Shown: in pieces, positions 17,094 through 20,330 of the stretch | Layout: each line of letters starts with the position of its first letter | How positions within the stretch are numbered: the stretch's first letter is position 1 | Assembly (NCBI RefSeq): GCF_004376175.1 | Contig: NZ_SNUY01000011.1 | Span: 1-20,330, forward strand | Direction: 5' to 3' | DNA from: Halalkalibacterium halodurans | Lineage (GTDB): Bacteria > Bacillota > Bacilli > Bacillales > Bacillaceae_D | Length of the DNA stretch: 20,330 nt | Translations under genes and position numbers: made by a program | The notes under the pieces: model-generated | Databases searched by the model: none | Seen by the model: the letters and a program-made list of their open reading frames with translations, nothing else | What the model was told of the DNA's origin: nothing

Positions 17094-18704
17094 TTACTGC
17101 TCAAGTGACACATCCTGAAGTTGGTAAATCCCGGAGGCATCGGCCCAAAAGCCTTGGACTTCATCACGATAGCCCATAAGGTGATCTGGATGATAAAGGA
17201 AGACCGTTGGCACTTTTTCATTTAAATATTCTGTCGCTTCCACATACATTTGCAAGCGGGTCTCTTCATCTTGCTCAATTCGCGCTTCATGCAACATAGC
17301 ATCGAATGCTTCATCTTGGAAAAAGGAACGGTTTCCCGTTTCCCCGATATTTTCTGAGTGGAACAGCATATGCATCGGATAGTCGGCATCCCCCGTTCCT
17401 AACGAAAGCCCTAAGATGAATAGGTCATGATTACCGGAGCCTGTCAATTCGAGGTACGCTCCCCATTCGACCACTTCAATGTTGGCATCAATGCCAACAT
17501 CGGCAAGGTTCGCTTGAGCGATCTCGGCAATGTCCATTCGCTCGCGGTTATCATTGGTCCAAATGGTTGTGGAAAAGCCTTCTTCATATCCAGCCTCAGC
17601 TAGCAATTCTCTGGCACGCTCTACATCTTGCTCAATCCCTGCAACCTCTGAGCTGAATCCAAAGTTCGTTTCATTAAGTGGACCGACAGCAGGCTCTCCT
17701 GTGCCGTCCAATACACCTTGCAGCATAGCATCTTTATCTAATGCAAGGGCGATCGCTTGACGAACCAATTCATCATCTAGCGGCTCTTTTTGAACGTTAA
17801 AGCCCATATACGTAATACTTGCGGCGTTTCGTTGATAAAGATTCATCCCGTCGGTGTTTTCTACGCGAGCGCGATCACTCGCCTGAATAGGATCAATAAT
17901 ATGTACGCCGCCTGTTTCTAACTCTGCTAACCTCGTTAAATCTTCTGGAATGACGCGGAACGTGGCTGTGTCAACGTGTGCGGGCTCGCCCCAATAGTCG
18001 TCGAAACGGGAGAGGACCACTTCGCTTCCTGGGTTCCAGTTTTCGAAGGTGAAGGCGCCTGTTCCATAAGGGTGTTCATTGATATAGGTTCCTGGCTGTT
18101 CACCACTTTCAACCGCTGCTTGATCGGCTTCGATAGCTTTCAGTGAAATCATGCTCGATGCATAGTGAGCAAAGTGGGCTGGGAGGGGAGCAAAGGGTTG
18201 CTCCGTTTTCATACGGACAGTATGAGAATCGATGACCTCAATTTCCTCTATAATTTCAAACAAGATCGCCCGTGGCGATGCAGTCGTTTCATCCAAGATC
18301 CGCTCGATATTTGCTTTCACTACGTCTCCGTTAAAGTCAGAGCCATCGTGAAAGGTGACGCCTTCTTGTAATCTAAATTCCCAAACATCATCCTCGACGG
18401 CTTCCCAAGATTCCGCGAGTAACGGTTCTAATTCCATGTCGGAATTAAATTTGACGAGCGTCTCATAAATGTTGGATTGCACCGCTCCCGAAGGAACATC
18501 GCTGGACGTATGAGGGTCCAACATGGAGATGTCAGATAAGACACCGAGTATGAGGTCACCCCCTCCGCTGTCGCCTATGACTTCAGCTCCAGCGTCACCT
18601 ACGTTTTCTTCCTGTTCCGTTGTCGGTTCGCTAGCGCACCCGATTAAAAACAGGCTTGCGGCAAATGACAGAAATCCTGTTTTAAACCAATGATTTTTTT
18701 GCAT
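17094..18704 (-). CDS. ABC transporter substrate-binding lipoprotein, family 5 (oligopeptide/dipeptide/nickel type)
   Basis: 536 aa. Lipoprotein signal with lipobox LIGC (MQKNHWFKTGFLSFAASLFLIGCASEP). Acidic linker, then typical SBP_bac_5-like sequence. AAGGAGGA RBS. Confidence 0.92.
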   Translation of the reverse strand: MQKNHWFKTGFLSFAASLFLIGCASEPTTEQEENVGDAGAEVIGDSGGGDLILGVLSDISMLDPHTSSDVPSGAVQSNIYETLVKFNSDMELEPLLAESWEAVEDDVWEFRLQEGVTFHDGSDFNGDVVKANIERILDETTASPRAILFEIIEEIEVIDSHTVRMKTEQPFAPLPAHFAHYASSMISLKAIEADQAAVESGEQPGTYINEHPYGTGAFTFENWNPGSEVVLSRFDDYWGEPAHVDTATFRVIPEDLTRLAELETGGVHIIDPIQASDRARVENTDGMNLYQRNAASITYMGFNVQKEPLDDELVRQAIALALDKDAMLQGVLDGTGEPAVGPLNETNFGFSSEVAGIEQDVERARELLAEAGYEEGFSTTIWTNDNRERMDIAEIAQANLADVGIDANIEVVEWGAYLELTGSGNHDLFILGLSLGTGDADYPMHMLFHSENIGETGNRSFFQDEAFDAMLHEARIEQDEETRLQMYVEATEYLNEKVPTVFLYHPDHLMGYRDEVQGFWADASGIYQLQDVSLEQ

Positions 18705-18774
18705 GCCTTCCTCCTTTTTTAAAATAATTTTCTAGAAGAGCTTGTTCAAAAAGCCATAAAATCCGAAAAAAAAT

Positions 18775-20270
18775 AAAAATGCACCTTAGCGAAAAATGGT
18801 AAAATGGAAGTAACGAATCAACCAAAAATACCAATTTGCGAGGTGCATTTTCATGGATATGCAGCTAGAACTGCTTCCTTACCACTACTATAACACACTC
18901 GGTTTCGATGTGGAATTGATAGATTATATTGATCATGTTGATGATTCTATTGTCTTGGAAAAAATGAAACCATTATATAAAGGCGGTGGTCGCCCGCCTA
19001 TTGATGCTAGGACGTATTTTCGTATGCATTATTTGTACTTTACACGGCCTGAGATCACGTCTTTTAGAGAGCTCTGCAGACAGCTGAAGGACCCTAAGAA
19101 TCAGGCATGGCGCAACTTCATCGGCACTCCAAACATAAAGGATGTTCCTGTTCATTCGAGCTTGACTCATTTTCGTCATACTCTGACACCCGAGCACTTT
19201 TATAAAATCTTATTCGATTTCATTGGTCAGGCCCTGAAACTGGATGGTTTTTTAGAACCAACTCTTGCGGGAATTGATTCTAGACCCGTCTTTGCTCACG
19301 TGAATGGCTATAAAAAGAAACGTTGTGCTTGTGAAGATAAAGAGACATGTGAATGCGACAAAACGTATTCGGATCCCGATGCCAAAGTAGGCGTTCAGCG
19401 GAATAAAGCCAATCAGAATAAATTTTTTATTGGCTATCGAAAACATTCGATTGTTTGCCCCGCACCCTCGGGTCCTGTTGTTCTCTTGTCTATTATTCTT
19501 CCACCAGATACTCACGATGTCGATGTTCTTCTTCCGTTGGTTGAAAAACTAAAAGAAATCGGTGATTTGAAGGTAGAGTATCTTGTGGCAGATTTAGGCT
19601 ATTTCAGTGCCGAACACCAGATAGAATCTTTACATAAACATGATGTGGCCGTCGTAACAGATTTCAAAAAGAATACGGTCATCCCTGAAACTTGTTCATC
19701 AGAAGGAAAGCCTGAATGTGAAGCTGGCCATGAACTCCTATGGGATGGATTTGAGAAGGAAACCTATACGTCTTGGTTTCATGGTGACGAAACCAAATGT
19801 ATGTCCTGTCCATTACAGGCTACTTGTAATAAGCAATTCGGTTTCACCTTTGAAGAAAACCCATTCTTCTATGGTCCAGTTCCACAAGGGTCAGAGCTTC
19901 AAGAACGGATGTTAAACTTTCGTAAGCAAGTGGAGCTATCTTTTGCACATGAATCGAATCAGCTCGATTCTGTGATGCGACATAAAAAGGTGCCAGTAAA
20001 GACCACCAAGAGAGTCCAATCTTTCTTCATCATGAGAGATTTGTTTCGACTCATTCAACGGATGATCAAACACATACGAGATACGGTCTTACCTGGAAAT
20101 CATGTTGAAGCTATAAGGAAATTACAGGAAATCCAAGTGGAACAGCTTTCCTTGCCGATAGCTAGCTAATTTAACCCCAATCAAACCTTTTTCAAAAAAT
20201 TGTCTATGGTCCAAGGGAGAAGTCTACCCTTTTTTAGGTGCGATTTTGAGTGGGGCGAAGGTACATTTTT
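18775..20270 (+). mobile_element. Insertion sequence, IS5/IS1182-like, about 1.5 kb (ends approximate)
   Basis: Single transposase ORF flanked by imperfect terminal inverted repeats: AAAAATGCACCTTAGCG (18775-18791) against the reverse complement of GGCGAAGGTACATTTTT (20254-20270), 14/17 matches. Confidence 0.6.
18853..20169 (+). CDS. DDE transposase, IS5/IS1182-like (InsH-type N-terminal domain plus DDE domain with Cys-rich inserts)
   Basis: GGGRPPIDARTYFRMHYLYF (DUF772 / InsH N-terminal-like). Candidate catalytic residues in GIDSRPV, VADLGYFS and VELSFAHESN. Cys clusters RCACEDKETCEC and CMSCPLQATC. GAGGTG RBS lies 7 nt before the ATG. Confidence 0.88.
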   Translation: MDMQLELLPYHYYNTLGFDVELIDYIDHVDDSIVLEKMKPLYKGGGRPPIDARTYFRMHYLYFTRPEITSFRELCRQLKDPKNQAWRNFIGTPNIKDVPVHSSLTHFRHTLTPEHFYKILFDFIGQALKLDGFLEPTLAGIDSRPVFAHVNGYKKKRCACEDKETCECDKTYSDPDAKVGVQRNKANQNKFFIGYRKHSIVCPAPSGPVVLLSIILPPDTHDVDVLLPLVEKLKEIGDLKVEYLVADLGYFSAEHQIESLHKHDVAVVTDFKKNTVIPETCSSEGKPECEAGHELLWDGFEKETYTSWFHGDETKCMSCPLQATCNKQFGFTFEENPFFYGPVPQGSELQERMLNFRKQVELSFAHESNQLDSVMRHKKVPVKTTKRVQSFFIMRDLFRLIQRMIKHIRDTVLPGNHVEAIRKLQEIQVEQLSLPIAS

Positions 20271-20330
20271 TTGTCTGAAATTATTTTACTTTCATTACCA
20301 TTAATGGAAGTGTAGTCAACTGATTTTCTA

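Noticed and set aside
491-19915. Antisense or off-frame ORFs from the track lying inside strong CDSs. Examples: 491..724, 1629..2075, 1980..2297, 2388..2819, 3561..4043, 4087..4347, 4915..5265, 6550..6771, 8213..8395, 8495..8818, 9947..10129, 10104..10415, 11764..11949, 12249..12461, 14522..14803, 15049..15357, 16475..16762, 17530..17760, 18165..18371, 19252..19515, 19718..19915.
   Set aside because: Each is fully embedded in a longer ORF that has clear family motifs. Their translations are low-complexity or Arg/Ser/Cys-rich with no RBS, as expected for shadow ORFs.
18803-20321. Gapped direct repeat AATGGAAGT..TCAAC inside the IS left end (18803-18823) and just outside the right end (20303-20321), exactly 1500 nt apart
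   Set aside because: It is short and gapped, the surrounding sequence does not align (so it is not a tandem IS copy), and the window ends 9 nt later. The evidence is insufficient.
1-20330. Idea that the two IS-like ends make the whole 18-kb interval a composite transposon
   Set aside because: The two transposases are unrelated at their N-termini (MFDKPKEAPV... versus MDMQLELLPY...). The enclosed genes look like ordinary chromosomal housekeeping and stress genes.
1-20330. Search for CRISPR arrays, tRNA/rRNA genes, riboswitch-like leaders and long tandem repeats
   Set aside because: I found no regularly spaced direct repeats, no cloverleaf-like or rRNA-like segments, and no recognisable riboswitch cores in the intergenic regions by eye. 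An Infernal or tRNAscan run would be needed for certainty.

Overview
This window looks like a chromosomal segment from a Bacillaceae-type Firmicute, judged from GGAGG-type RBSs, an htpG close to B. subtilis HtpG, and a yfmT/yfmS-like gene pair. I found no rRNA, tRNA or CRISPR. From left to right it contains: (1) a window-truncated minus-strand ORF that is probably an IS transposase N-terminus, abutting an ABC exporter whose ATPase gene is 5'-truncated and frameshifted while its 534-aa permease is intact; (2) an aldehyde dehydrogenase plus a small soluble MCP-like chemoreceptor; (3) htpG behind a sigmaA-like promoter with a near-consensus CIRCE operator; (4) a redox and detoxification neighbourhood with a 10-TM DMT transporter, an HxlR-type regulator, a divergent WrbA quinone reductase and an aldo/keto reductase; (5) a GNAT acetyltransferase overlapping (ATGA) a small conserved hypothetical, followed by a P-loop kinase-like protein; (6) a 1137-aa secreted 5'-nucleotidase fused to repeated nucleic-acid-binding-like modules, with Pho-box-like repeats upstream; (7) an orphan family-5 lipoprotein solute-binding protein; (8) a complete IS5/IS1182-like insertion sequence. 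I do not see a clear-cut novel multi-gene system. The observations I would follow up first are the CIRCE-htpG link, the nucleotidase architecture and its candidate Pho control, the GNAT/hypothetical coupled pair, and the repeated motif in the IS ends. All coordinates for non-CDS features were counted by hand and may be off by 1-2 nt.
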